A stretch of DNA of 58,279 nucleotides, from positions 1 through 58,279 of the IMG/VR virus record IMGVR_UViG_3300045988_062123. The stretch is one strand, 5' to 3'. The notes below the pieces were generated by a model. The model ran no database searches and had not been told where the DNA came from. It saw only the letters and a program-made list of their open reading frames with translations. The DNA is from a virus. Within the stretch, counting starts at the first letter, position 1; each line of letters opens with the position of its first letter. A program made the position numbers and the translations under genes. This document shows, in pieces, positions 5,650-15,458 of this stretch.

Positions 5650-8442
5650 ATGTCAGCCGAATTGCGGCAAAGAATCCAAGAATATGAAAATTACATAAAG
5701 CAAAATGGCATTGACGAAGATGCTATTGAAGCATACGTGCAGGCTTGTCAAGTAGCCATAGAGCGAGAAAAAGATATCAAGTATGGATTAATACTCACTA
5801 GTCGAGCAAAAGAGATTATAGAGCAATTTATCAATGATTCAACCGGGGGAAATTCATGGGACCTGGAAAAATATTGCTTTGAAAACGATGTTTCCTACGA
5901 AATCCTAGATAAATTGTATGAGATTTTGCTTTTGGAAGCCAGAAACAAGGTTGTTGATAGTTTTTTCAGGTACATTGAGAAGAAAAGATTGCCGAAAGAG
6001 CGGTTTTATATGCCGCGGAGAAAGCAATTTATAAAAATTGGTCTTATAGATGCTTTGCAAGGGATGATAGATGACAAATACGACATTTTGTGCATATCTC
6101 TTCCACCGGGGACTGGAAAAGCGCAGCCAATGTATTCAAAAGTGCTTACACCGGACGGATTTGTGAAAATGGGAGATATAAAAGTTGGTTCAAAAGTTGT
6201 CGCTGGAAATGGGAACGTTGCCAATGTCGTTGGAGTTTATCCGCAAGGAAAACGAGATATATATGAAATGACACTTGATGATGGTTCAAAATGCCGTTGC
6301 TCTGACGAACATTTATGGACCGTCCAAAACAGAGAAGATCGTGTCTATGAATCTAAAACAGGAGTTCATAGACAAAGAACAATTACATTGTCTGATTTGA
6401 TGAAAAAATTGACCGTAGAAAGCGGAAAACGGTCTAATTATTCAATCGACTATGTAAAACCGATTGATTTTCCACAAAAAGAGTTGTTATTGCACCCATA
6501 TGTAATGGGAGCATTACTTGGTGATGGTGGCTTGTCTGGTGGTTCGGTTCGATTTTCTACATCAGATATGGAGATTGTTGACAGGATGAACCGTTATCTT
6601 CCAAACGGATATAGACTCAAGCATGTGTCGAACTATGATTACGCAGTTGTTGGATATGAGGGGAACAATACAAAAAATGGAAGCCTTGTTTCTATTGCAT
6701 TGAAAAAATACGGATTGTTTGGCAAAAAAAGCGAAGATAAGTTTATACCAAATGATTATCAGCATGCTTCAAATGAACAAAGATTATGGTTATTGCGAGG
6801 TTTGCTAGATACAGATGGAAGTTGCGAAAAAACAAGTATTGAGTATACTACGTGTTCTGAAGAACTGGCGCAAAATGTCAAAGACTTGGTGCATTCGCTA
6901 GGAGGATATGTGCATGAAACAGTTCGGAATTCTGGATATAAAAAAGACGGAAAATTCATTGAATGCAAACCGTCTCATAGGCTAACGATACAGTTTTTCA
7001 AAGAAAACGAATCTGTATTTGCACTATCAAGACATAAAGAAAAATACAATCCACAAAGAAAAAATGTAAAGCGATTTATAAAGTCAGTTGAGTATATTGG
7101 TAGAGAAGAATGTCAGTGCATTATGATTGATGATCCGTGCCACTTGTATATTACGGATGATTATATCATTACGCACAACACGACAATTGAAAAGTTTTTC
7201 CATTCTGCCGTTATAGGCTGGTATTCGAACGGGTATAACCTTTTTTATTCACATAGTGGCGACATTACCAGAATGTACTATGATGGCGTATATGACATCG
7301 TAACGAACGCAGACGAGTACACATGGAACGAGATATTTCCAAGGCTTAAAGTAACAAGCACAAATGCAAAGTTGGAAACGTTTAACGTCGGAAAGTATAA
7401 GCCGTTCCAGTCTGTTCAATGTACGTCCGTTGGAAGTAAGAATGCCGGAAAAGTGCGTGCGAATAAATTTTTGCTTGTAGATGACATGATCGGTGGAATT
7501 GAAGAAGCATTAAATCCACTTTACCTTGATAAATTGTGGGGAAAATATGCTGTAGATGCAAGACAGAGAAAGATTCCGGACGAGGATGGAAACCCATGTA
7601 AAGAGATACATATTGCTACGAGGTGGAGTGTCCGCGATGTCATTGGACGCATTATACAGGCCTATGAGGGCAACAAAAGAGTAAAAGTAATATCAGTACC
7701 AGACATTGATCCAGTAACTGGAGAAAGCAATTTTGACTTTGAGTTTGGGGGATATACTGTAAAAGATTTTGAAGATATACAGTTACTTATGGACGAAATC
7801 TCTTATCGTTGTCTGTACAAGCAGGATCCAATAGAGCGAGAAGGCTTACTGTTTCCAGAAGATAAGATTCGAAGATATCTCAATTTGCCACACGGAGAAC
7901 CGGAGATTATTACCAGTCAATGCGACACAAAGGGGAAAGGAACAGACTATTTTGTACTTCCAGTATTGCAGAAATATGGAGAAGATTACTATTGCGTCGA
8001 TTGTGTGTGTGATAATACGGCGGATTATGAGATGCAGTATGAAAATTCCGCTAATGTGCTGGTGAATAATCAAGTGCAGGAATGCGAGTTTGAGAGAAAT
8101 GCTGGTGGAGACCGCGTTGGTATGGAAGTAAATAAACGTGTCGAAAGCAAAGGATGGATATGCAATATTACAGACACACCGACAGAGACAAACAAAGAAG
8201 CAAGAATTTTCCAGTGTTCTAACTGGATTTTACAACACGTAATATTCAAGGATCCATCATTGTATAAGCCTAACGAACCATATGGAGTAATGATGTCGTT
8301 GCTAAAACAGTATTCTGTTTCTGGGAGAAAGCAGTTAGATGATGTTCCAGATGTGTTTTCTAACTTTGCGTTAAGAATAACACAAGGTAATAAAGTTGCA
8401 AAAGTAGAAGCAACAGTAAATCCATTTAGGGGGTGTTATTGA
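5650..8442 (+). CDS. terL: Terminase large subunit, interrupted by an intein in the Walker A motif
   Basis: PPGTGK|intein|TTIEKF restores GTGKT after excision. Walker B-like LLVDDMIG follows, then a C-terminal nuclease-type region. The position upstream of the portal gene fits. Confidence 0.88.
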   Translation: MSAELRQRIQEYENYIKQNGIDEDAIEAYVQACQVAIEREKDIKYGLILTSRAKEIIEQFINDSTGGNSWDLEKYCFENDVSYEILDKLYEILLLEARNKVVDSFFRYIEKKRLPKERFYMPRRKQFIKIGLIDALQGMIDDKYDILCISLPPGTGKAQPMYSKVLTPDGFVKMGDIKVGSKVVAGNGNVANVVGVYPQGKRDIYEMTLDDGSKCRCSDEHLWTVQNREDRVYESKTGVHRQRTITLSDLMKKLTVESGKRSNYSIDYVKPIDFPQKELLLHPYVMGALLGDGGLSGGSVRFSTSDMEIVDRMNRYLPNGYRLKHVSNYDYAVVGYEGNNTKNGSLVSIALKKYGLFGKKSEDKFIPNDYQHASNEQRLWLLRGLLDTDGSCEKTSIEYTTCSEELAQNVKDLVHSLGGYVHETVRNSGYKKDGKFIECKPSHRLTIQFFKENESVFALSRHKEKYNPQRKNVKRFIKSVEYIGREECQCIMIDDPCHLYITDDYIITHNTTIEKFFHSAVIGWYSNGYNLFYSHSGDITRMYYDGVYDIVTNADEYTWNEIFPRLKVTSTNAKLETFNVGKYKPFQSVQCTSVGSKNAGKVRANKFLLVDDMIGGIEEALNPLYLDKLWGKYAVDARQRKIPDEDGNPCKEIHIATRWSVRDVIGRIIQAYEGNKRVKVISVPDIDPVTGESNFDFEFGGYTVKDFEDIQLLMDEISYRCLYKQDPIEREGLLFPEDKIRRYLNLPHGEPEIITSQCDTKGKGTDYFVLPVLQKYGEDYYCVDCVCDNTADYEMQYENSANVLVNNQVQECEFERNAGGDRVGMEVNKRVESKGWICNITDTPTETNKEARIFQCSNWILQHVIFKDPSLYKPNEPYGVMMSLLKQYSVSGRKQLDDVPDVFSNFALRITQGNKVAKVEATVNPFRGCY
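6121..7179 (+). mobile_element. Full-size intein (353 aa) with LAGLIDADG homing endonuclease; class 3 (WCT) signature
   Basis: Begins with Ala after GTGK and ends THN|T. Block B is SDEHLW (H221, W223). Block F is ECQCIMIDD with Cys at the usual Asp position. Block G is ITHN. LAGLIDADG motifs are GALLGDGG and LRGLLDTDGS. Confidence 0.85.
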
Positions 8443-8864
8443 TGACAACAAAAGAATATTTAAACCAAATAAGCAGATTGAACCGAATGATAAACAACAA
8501 ATTGGCAGAAATATCTCAATTAAGAGAATTGTCTTGTAGTATTTCTGCAGTGTCAACCGAAGAACGTGTAAAAAATACGCCAAACTTTGATCGTATTGGA
8601 AACACATATGCAAAAATTGATGAAATGGAAAAAAATCTTGATAAGATAATTGATGATTTTACTGAAAAAAAACAAAAAATCATTAGTCAGATTGATAGTA
8701 TGGAAAACGAAAACGTTTATAATGTGCTTTTTTCCCATTACATCGAAAAGAAATCGTTTGAAAAGATTTCCGTAGAAATGGATTATTCCTACAGACAAAC
8801 GATTCGGCTTCACGGAAAAGCATTGCGCCAATTTGAAGAAAAATTCGGTGATGAATATTTGTAA
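8442..8864 (+). CDS. Sigma-70 region-4-like HTH protein (DUF1492-like putative transcription regulator)
   Basis: ATG overlaps the terL stop (TGATG). The C-terminus SFEKISVEMDYSYRQTIRLHGKALRQF resembles a sigma region 4 HTH. Confidence 0.6.
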   Translation: MTTKEYLNQISRLNRMINNKLAEISQLRELSCSISAVSTEERVKNTPNFDRIGNTYAKIDEMEKNLDKIIDDFTEKKQKIISQIDSMENENVYNVLFSHYIEKKSFEKISVEMDYSYRQTIRLHGKALRQFEEKFGDEYL

Positions 8865-8937
8865 AAAAATAAAAGATGTCATGGAATGTCACATATAAGT
8901 TGTGATATTATTATACTAGGAAATAAATAAAATTTTT

Positions 8938-8964
8938 GGCATCGCAAAACGCGGTGCCTTTTTT
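8938..8964 (+). terminator. Intrinsic terminator
   Basis: GGCATCGC aaaac GCGGTGCC followed by TTTTTT. It lies inside the N-terminal part of the 8936 ORF, which argues for the later start at 8984. Confidence 0.65.
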
Positions 8965-8983
8965 ATTGCAAGGGGAAAGGCAT

Positions 8984-9169
8984 ATGGTTACAGTATATTG
9001 TCCGCAGTGCGGAAGAAAAGTAGGAAGCCATAACGGAATCACAAAAATGAATCTGGCTTTTAATTGTAAAAAGTGCAAGAAGAGAATTTTGTATGACCCG
9101 GTAACGGCAAAAGTGACAGTAACGAAAATGCTTGAACGAACGACTTCAAGCGGAATGAGATTTGTTTAG
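8984..9169 (+). CDS. Zinc-ribbon protein (61 aa)
   Basis: RBS GGGGAAAGG before ATG 8984. CPQCG...CKKCKK is a 4-Cys ribbon. Confidence 0.6.
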   Translation: MVTVYCPQCGRKVGSHNGITKMNLAFNCKKCKKRILYDPVTAKVTVTKMLERTTSSGMRFV

Positions 9170-9180
9170 GTGGTGTAAAA

Positions 9181-10614
9181 ATGAACCGTGTACAACTTCA
9201 AGAGATTGTCAAAGGACAGTATGGACGAAAAATTGCATATACAAGCGCGGAATCCATAACTCGTGACAATGTAGTTGAAGTTATTGGAAAATGTATTGGT
9301 GTGTTTTACTGGAATAAATCAGTAATCAAATATTTGTGGGATTACTACAAGGGGGATCAGCCAATACTTTATCGCCAAAAAATAACGAACGAAGATATAA
9401 CCAACAAAGTTGTAGAAAATCATGCGTATGAGATTGTACAGTTTAAGGTTGGACAGACATATGGAGAACCGGTTCAGTTTATCAGTAGGAAAGATGATGA
9501 AAAGGTAAATAAAGCAGTTGATACATTAAATGACTTTATGTCAGATGCTAACAAGCAGGAAAAAGACATTAAGGCTGGAGAATGGCAATCGGCTACTGGA
9601 ACATCTTTTAAAGCGATACAGCCTAAAAATGGAGACATTCCTTTTCGGATAGTGGCACCAACACCGATCAATACGTTTGTTATATACAACGAAAGCACAG
9701 AAGAACCAATTCTTGCGGTGCAGGAACTAAAAGACGAAAAAGGAAAATTCTATAAAATGGCATTTAGTAACACAATGTCATTTAGAATAGTTGATAGCAA
9801 GGTTATTGAATCAAAACTTCACACTTATGGAGAAATTCCCATTGTTGAGTTTCCGAATAACCATGAAAGAATATCAGATATCGAACTTGTTTCTGGTATT
9901 CTGGATTCAATAAACAATATGCAATCAAACAGAATGGATGGCATCGAACAGTTTGTTCAATACTGGGTTAAGTTTATAAATTGTGAAGTTGATGAAGAAA
10001 CATTTAGAAAAATGAAAGAAAGCCATGCGTTAGTAGTAAAGTCCATAAATAAAGACAATAAATCTGATGTTGACATAATGACACAAGAATTGAATCAAAG
10101 TCAATGTCAGGTGGCAAAAGAAGATTTATGGGATAATGCTCTTTCAATTCTGGCAATTCCAAATAAACAGGGAAATACCGGAGGCGATACGCAGGGAGCC
10201 GTAGAATTAAGAAACGGTTGGGATTTCTCAAAGACAAGAGCAAAACTAAAAGATCCAATTGTTAAAACGTCGGAAAAAAGGCTTGCGGTAGTTGCACTTA
10301 ATGTAATAAGACTTTCTGGTGAAGACCTAGGAATTTCTGTTAGAGACTTTGACGTGCAGATAAATCATAGTCCGCAAGATAATATGTACACAAAGGCACA
10401 GACATTGACCGTTCTTTTGCAAGCCGGAATACATCCAATTATTGCAATCAAAACGGTTGGATTGTGGGGCGATGCAGAAAAGACGTTTCTTTTATCGAAG
10501 CCTTATATTGACAATATTTACAAAACAATTGACGATGCAGAAGAGCAGGAAGTTAAGGCTCAAAACATAGTGGATCAAATAAATAATAAGCAAAATGAAA
10601 CAGTTACCGAGTAA
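9181..10614 (+). CDS. Portal protein (SPP1 Gp6-like)
   Basis: 477 aa in the position after terL. The N-terminal YLWDYYKGDQPILYRQK-type motif is typical of SPP1-family portals. Confidence 0.85.
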   Translation: MNRVQLQEIVKGQYGRKIAYTSAESITRDNVVEVIGKCIGVFYWNKSVIKYLWDYYKGDQPILYRQKITNEDITNKVVENHAYEIVQFKVGQTYGEPVQFISRKDDEKVNKAVDTLNDFMSDANKQEKDIKAGEWQSATGTSFKAIQPKNGDIPFRIVAPTPINTFVIYNESTEEPILAVQELKDEKGKFYKMAFSNTMSFRIVDSKVIESKLHTYGEIPIVEFPNNHERISDIELVSGILDSINNMQSNRMDGIEQFVQYWVKFINCEVDEETFRKMKESHALVVKSINKDNKSDVDIMTQELNQSQCQVAKEDLWDNALSILAIPNKQGNTGGDTQGAVELRNGWDFSKTRAKLKDPIVKTSEKRLAVVALNVIRLSGEDLGISVRDFDVQINHSPQDNMYTKAQTLTVLLQAGIHPIIAIKTVGLWGDAEKTFLLSKPYIDNIYKTIDDAEEQEVKAQNIVDQINNKQNETVTE

Positions 10615-10634
10615 AAGGTGGCTGTTTTTATTTT
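10601..10634 (+). terminator. Possible weak terminator overlapping the portal stop
   Basis: CAGTTACC gagtaaaa GGTGGCTG (2 G-U pairs) followed by TTTTTATTTT. Confidence 0.4.
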
Positions 10635-10719
10635 ATAAAATATGCACCTGTGCGTTAAACAGGAGAAATCACATGTTGAGCGAACAACGTAAAAAAGCGT
10701 AGTGAACGGAGGTAATCTT

Positions 10720-11295
10720 ATGACAAGAGAACAGGCAAAGCAAAATCTTATTTCAATTGGAGTTGAAGAGCCTACAGAAGATCAGATCAGTAATTATCTG
10801 AATCAATTGAATGGCGAGACCCAAAAAGAAAAAGATAAGGCAAAGCAGTACAAAGAAAAAGCTGAAAAGGCTGACGAGTTGCAGGAAAAGATTGACGAAT
10901 TAGAAGCTGGAAATCTTACGGAACTTGAAAAAGCAAACAAAGCTTTAGAAACTGCTAATAAGCAAATAGCAGAAATGCAGAAATCTAATGCAATTAGAGA
11001 TCAGAGAGAAGCGGCAATGACAAATTTTAAAATTACTGCGGATCAAGCGAAAACCATTGTTAAAGATGATGGAAGTATTGACTATGCAGAACTTGGAAAG
11101 ATTATGTCCGAAAAAGAAACGGCTGCGGCACAGGCAAAGGAACAAGAGATTGCTAAAAATCAGGATATCCCAGGCGGCGGCAGCACAGGAAAAGACAAAG
11201 ATAAAACAGATGCTGAAAAAACAGCAGAAATAATCGGAAAAACACTATCCGGTTCAAATGATGCTGCTAAATCAGTTGTTGATAGTTATTTGTAA
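10720..11295 (+). CDS. Scaffolding protein (GP20/DUF4355-like)
   Basis: RBS GGAGGT before ATG 10720. Coiled-coil, K/E-rich product located between portal and capsid. Confidence 0.75.
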   Translation: MTREQAKQNLISIGVEEPTEDQISNYLNQLNGETQKEKDKAKQYKEKAEKADELQEKIDELEAGNLTELEKANKALETANKQIAEMQKSNAIRDQREAAMTNFKITADQAKTIVKDDGSIDYAELGKIMSEKETAAAQAKEQEIAKNQDIPGGGSTGKDKDKTDAEKTAEIIGKTLSGSNDAAKSVVDSYL

Positions 11296-11306
11296 GGAGG
11301 TAAAAC

Positions 11307-11645
11307 ATGAGATTTAAAGAATCTAGCGTTACTACGCAAAAGGAAATTCTTAAAAGAAAACTTGGTGGAGAATTGTTTGAAGAAATAAAATTGGACGATA
11401 GCGCGTTTACTAACGGTGTTTGTAAGGCGGGAAATCCAATTGATGCTGCTGGAAAGAAAGTAAATGCAGAAACATCTGATGGTGCAGCAGTTGGAATTTT
11501 GCTTACAGATGTATATGATTCCAATCCAAACGGAACTATTGTAAAAGCATTTGCATGTGTAAACGAAGCAAATGCAAATGCAAACTCTGGAATTATTATT
11601 GCAGAAGGTGTAAAAACGGCATTGTCTTTAATTGTATTTGAGTAA
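11307..11645 (+). CDS. Putative head decoration or capsid accessory protein
   Basis: 112-aa ORF between scaffold and major capsid with RBS AAGGAGG. Function inferred from position only. Confidence 0.45.
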   Translation: MRFKESSVTTQKEILKRKLGGELFEEIKLDDSAFTNGVCKAGNPIDAAGKKVNAETSDGAAVGILLTDVYDSNPNGTIVKAFACVNEANANANSGIIIAEGVKTALSLIVFE

Positions 11646-11685
11646 AAATTGACCGTAATATTTATCGGTAGAAAGAGAGGATAAA

Positions 11686-12762
11686 ATGAATATTAGAGAT
11701 GCTTATAGTGCAAAATCAATTGCGCTTGTAAATACAGAAGTAGCAAGTAATGCAATTTCTTATCTTGGTGCTGGTCTTTTTCCGGCAAAAAAGAAAATGG
11801 GGCTTGATCTGAAATGGATTAAAACTTCAAAAGGTCTTCCGGTTTCTCTTGCACCATCAAATTTTGATGCGGTATCTACGCTTAGAAGCCGTGAAGGATT
11901 TAAACTGACAGAAACGGAAATGGCTTTTTTCCGTGAATCAATGCTGATCAAAGAGGCAGACGAGCAGGAAATCATGCGCGTGAAAGACAGCACTGATCCG
12001 TATGCGACAGAAGTGCTGAGCAGAATTTTTGATGATGCCAATACTCTGATTGATGGAGCAAATGTTGTTCCAGAACGTATGATTATGCAGTTGCTGGCAC
12101 CATCTGACGGACACCCTAAAATTTCTATTCAGGCAAATGGCGTTACATATGCTTACAACTATGATCCAAATGGAGATTATGAAACAAACAATTATGCTGA
12201 TTTGACGGATTCGTCTACAGATGTATGGAGCGATACAGCCAATTCAGATCCTATGGATGATGTGGCTGTTGCACTTGATGCGGTTGAAGCAAAGACGGGA
12301 GAAAGACCGTCTATCATGATTGTTTCTCGTAAAACAATGGATTACTTGAAGCAGAATAAAAAAATTAAATCTGCTATTCTTTCGCAGAATTCAACAGCAA
12401 ATGTGTTTATGAATGACAATAGAGTTAAAGAAGTTTTCTCAAACGAACTTGGAATCAGCATTATTGTTTATTCTAAACAGTATAAAAATGAATCTGGTGT
12501 TGCTTCAAAATTTTATCCGGATGGATTTGCGACACTTATTCCTGCCGGTAGTCTTGGTAATACTTGGTATGGCACCACGCCAGAAGAAAGAACACTTATG
12601 GGAAGCGGAGAAGCTGATGTTTCGATTGTTAATACTGGTGTTGCTGTATCTGTAACTACTACAAGTGATCCGGTACAGACAAAAACAACGGTTTCGGAAA
12701 TTGTTCTTCCTTCTTATGAAAGAATGGATAGCACATATGTTATTAAGTGCTATACAGCGTAA
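11686..12762 (+). CDS. Major capsid protein
   Basis: 358 aa immediately after scaffold and decoration genes, with RBS AGAGAGG. Size and position are typical. Family not verified. Confidence 0.8.
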   Translation: MNIRDAYSAKSIALVNTEVASNAISYLGAGLFPAKKKMGLDLKWIKTSKGLPVSLAPSNFDAVSTLRSREGFKLTETEMAFFRESMLIKEADEQEIMRVKDSTDPYATEVLSRIFDDANTLIDGANVVPERMIMQLLAPSDGHPKISIQANGVTYAYNYDPNGDYETNNYADLTDSSTDVWSDTANSDPMDDVAVALDAVEAKTGERPSIMIVSRKTMDYLKQNKKIKSAILSQNSTANVFMNDNRVKEVFSNELGISIIVYSKQYKNESGVASKFYPDGFATLIPAGSLGNTWYGTTPEERTLMGSGEADVSIVNTGVAVSVTTTSDPVQTKTTVSEIVLPSYERMDSTYVIKCYTA

Positions 12763-12773
12763 GAGGTGTCAAT

Positions 12774-12998
12774 ATGAAATATAACCATAAAGTTAAATAT
12801 AACGGCAAGTGGTATATGCCTAACGAAGAGGTTCCGATTGAAAAAGGAACCTCTTCATTAAATTATACAAAAACTGAAATTAGCAGAATGTCTACATCGG
12901 ATTTGAAGTTACTTGCAAAAGATCAAGAAATTGAAAATGCAGATGAGATCAGCGGTTCAGAATTGAAAAAAATTCTTATTGAAAAATTTGATTTGTAG
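12774..12998 (+). CDS. Hypothetical head-associated protein
   Basis: RBS GAGGTG before ATG 12774. The C-terminal SGSELKKILIEKF resembles a Rho-N/SAP-like helix pair. Confidence 0.5.
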   Translation: MKYNHKVKYNGKWYMPNEEVPIEKGTSSLNYTKTEISRMSTSDLKLLAKDQEIENADEISGSELKKILIEKFDL

Positions 12999-13009
12999 AG
13001 GTGACTTCT

Positions 13010-13375
13010 ATGGAAGAATATAGTATTTTAGAACAAGTCAAAATCAGATTAGAACAATTTCATATTGAGAATGAGGATGGCGAGGACAAAGTAGTATTCG
13101 ACCACAAAGAAGAAAATCCGCTTTTAAATCAGTTGATTAAGCAGGCAGAGAATGAATTGATTGGCAAAAGGGTGTACCCAAAAGAATATACGGAAGAACA
13201 GATTCGTGACGATTTAAAGAGATTTAATGATGTCATAGTAAATCTCGTTGTATACGATCATTCACAGGCAGGAGAAAGTTTCATGGATTCTTATACAGAG
13301 AATGGAGTAAGCAGGAACTGGAAAGACCGAAACGACTTGTTTGTTGGGGTATATCCTTTTGTCAACTTTTTATAG
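13010..13375 (+). CDS. Head-tail connector (gp6/gp15-like DNA packaging) protein
   Basis: Position and size fit. NQLIKQAENELIGKRVYP...NLVVYD is a pattern typical of Phage_connect_1 proteins. Confidence 0.6.
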   Translation: MEEYSILEQVKIRLEQFHIENEDGEDKVVFDHKEENPLLNQLIKQAENELIGKRVYPKEYTEEQIRDDLKRFNDVIVNLVVYDHSQAGESFMDSYTENGVSRNWKDRNDLFVGVYPFVNFL

Positions 13376-13455
13376 AAGAATGTGCGTTACCATTTGGTAG
13401 CAGGCGGCATACAGAAAGTGGTGGAGGGCAGTATGCCAAAACAAGGAGATATGGA

Positions 13456-13761
13456 ATGAAAGAATTTTTGTTACAAACTTACACAGTTGTGTTGCCTATT
13501 TTGTTAGGGTATATTGTTTGGCTCCTAAAGCAGCAGAAAAAAGACAGGGATGCAAATAGCAAAGGTACAATGCTTCTTTTGCGTGTGCAACTCATAGAAT
13601 ACCACGATAAGTACATGAAATTGGGAGAAATTCCAAGTTATGCGTATGAAAATTTCGTAGAAATGTACAACGCATATCATGCACTTGGAGGAAATGGAAT
13701 GGCAACAAAAATGTACGAAGAGATAAAGGAAATAAGACTAAAAAATGGAGGTAAAGAATAA
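13456..13761 (+). CDS. Membrane protein with one N-terminal TM helix (holin-associated, BhlA-like?)
   Basis: TM segment YTVVLPILLGYIVWLL followed by KQQKKDRD. Abuts the holin start. Confidence 0.55.
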   Translation: MKEFLLQTYTVVLPILLGYIVWLLKQQKKDRDANSKGTMLLLRVQLIEYHDKYMKLGEIPSYAYENFVEMYNAYHALGGNGMATKMYEEIKEIRLKNGGKE

Positions 13762-14030
13762 TGGATTTTACACAAGTTGGAACTTGCATAGCAATCATAG
13801 TTATTTGCTATCTGATTGGAATTGGTGCGAAACTTATTCCTGGCATCAAAGATAATTACATTCCGGTTATTGTCGGTGTTTTCGGTGGAATCCTTGGAGT
13901 GGTAGGATTGTATGTCATCCCAGACTTTCCGGCAAACGATATTTTGAATGCAATTTCGGTAGGAATTGTTTCTGGATTGGCTAGTACCGGAGTAAACCAG
14001 ATTTATAAAAAGGCAAAGCCAAATGCTTAA
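13761..14030 (+). CDS. Holin (phi LC3/Hol44-like)
   Basis: Three hydrophobic segments and the motif ISVGIVSGLASTGVNQIYKK typical of this holin family. Confidence 0.7.
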   Translation: MDFTQVGTCIAIIVICYLIGIGAKLIPGIKDNYIPVIVGVFGGILGVVGLYVIPDFPANDILNAISVGIVSGLASTGVNQIYKKAKPNA

Positions 14031-14445
14031 AATCAATAAGCAGGAAATGACATACTCTTGCCTTGAATCAAACGTAAAAATCTACCAAAAAGATAAAGAG
14101 GGAAACATCATTTACTATGATGTGGACGGCGAAAAAATTCCGATGATTGAAAAGGAAATTGATGGTTTTGCAAAACCAAAAACCTTTTATGCAAGCATCA
14201 ATAATAAACTGTCCGAAGTCCTTATGAAAGAGTTTGGTGTAGATGATTCCACTAATTATGCACAGATTGTAACGGATAAAGGGTATCTTCCAATCAAGGC
14301 AGGCGATTTGATTTGGAAACGTTCGGAAGTAAAATATGATTCAGATGGTTTCCCAGATCCAAAATCTGCTGATTATACCGTAAAAGGTGTAGCAGATGAG
14401 GGATTGACAGTTGATTTATTCCTTTTGCAAAGAAATGTAAAGTAG
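14023..14445 (+). CDS. Head-tail joining/neck protein (putative)
   Basis: Assigned by position in the neck module. No motif recognised. Confidence 0.5.
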   Translation: MLKINKQEMTYSCLESNVKIYQKDKEGNIIYYDVDGEKIPMIEKEIDGFAKPKTFYASINNKLSEVLMKEFGVDDSTNYAQIVTDKGYLPIKAGDLIWKRSEVKYDSDGFPDPKSADYTVKGVADEGLTVDLFLLQRNVK

Positions 14446-14453
14446 GTGGTTTT

Positions 14454-14990
14454 GTGGCAAAAAAGAAAATCAAAATGAACTTGTTTTCACAAAGTTCAAT
14501 ACAGGACACAATAAACCACTTACAAAATTACAAAAACGAGTTGCAGACAAAATGTGATGCTTTTGTGGCGCGTTGTGCGTCCGTAGGAGAGGAAGTAGCA
14601 TTACAAGCGATAAATGAATCCCCTATAGGAAATTCAATCACATTTAAGGCAAATACAACGTCAGAGAACATGGGTTGTAAGGCTATTCTGTTTGCGACTG
14701 GAGAAGTAAAAAAAGTAGAGGGAAGAGAACCGTTTCATACGGTGCTTGCGGTTGAGTTTGGTGCCGGTATTCATTACAACAAGATTCCGAATCCAAAAGC
14801 AAATGATTTCGGTTTTGGTGTTGGAACATATCCCGGACAGATACACGCATTTGAAGATGGATGGTATTATCTTGGAGAAGATAATAAATGGCATTATACA
14901 CATGGTGTCAAGGCAACGATGCCAATGTATAAAGCAAGTGCGGAGATCATAGCAAAATATAAAAAAATAGCAAAAGAGGTGTTCAGATAA
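14454..14990 (+). CDS. Neck/tail completion protein (HK97 gp10-like?)
   Basis: GTG start after AGGTGG. Assigned by position in the neck module. Confidence 0.5.
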   Translation: MAKKKIKMNLFSQSSIQDTINHLQNYKNELQTKCDAFVARCASVGEEVALQAINESPIGNSITFKANTTSENMGCKAILFATGEVKKVEGREPFHTVLAVEFGAGIHYNKIPNPKANDFGFGVGTYPGQIHAFEDGWYYLGEDNKWHYTHGVKATMPMYKASAEIIAKYKKIAKEVFR

Positions 14991-15407
14991 ATGGCAGAAG
15001 TTGATAACACATGGGCTTACCTTATAGGCAAGAAAGTATATTCAACGGTATCTTACAAGGCAGAAAAGATACTTAAAGACGATTATCCGAACATCAAGAT
15101 CACAGACAATGGAAAGGCAAGCAGCAAGCCCAAATTTCCTACAGTCTACATACATGAATTGCCCGGACAGGAGATCGGGCAGACACTTGACGGACAAGAC
15201 ATAAATGGTGTTTTGGAAACGATTCAAGTTGATGTAACGACAAATACGGATCCATCTGACGCGAGAGAAGTCATGTCCGTAGTCGCTGACATATTTAAGA
15301 AGATGCGGTTTAAAGTAAATCAAATGCCAGAGTTAGATTTTGGCGAAGAAGTTTATAGAAGCACCGCAAGATTTCAACGAGTAGTTGGAGCAAACGACAC
15401 ATTATAA
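14991..15407 (+). CDS. Tail terminator/minor capsid-like protein (putative)
   Basis: Lies immediately upstream of the major tail gene. Confidence 0.5.
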   Translation: MAEVDNTWAYLIGKKVYSTVSYKAEKILKDDYPNIKITDNGKASSKPKFPTVYIHELPGQEIGQTLDGQDINGVLETIQVDVTTNTDPSDAREVMSVVADIFKKMRFKVNQMPELDFGEEVYRSTARFQRVVGANDTL

Positions 15408-15415
15408 AGAAAAAT

Positions 15416-15437
15416 GAGCCGAAAGGCTTTTTTTTAT
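15416..15437 (+). terminator. Intrinsic terminator
   Basis: AGCC gaaa GGCT followed by a long T run. Confidence 0.55.
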
Positions 15438-15458
15438 TAAATTAAGGAGGTAATAACA

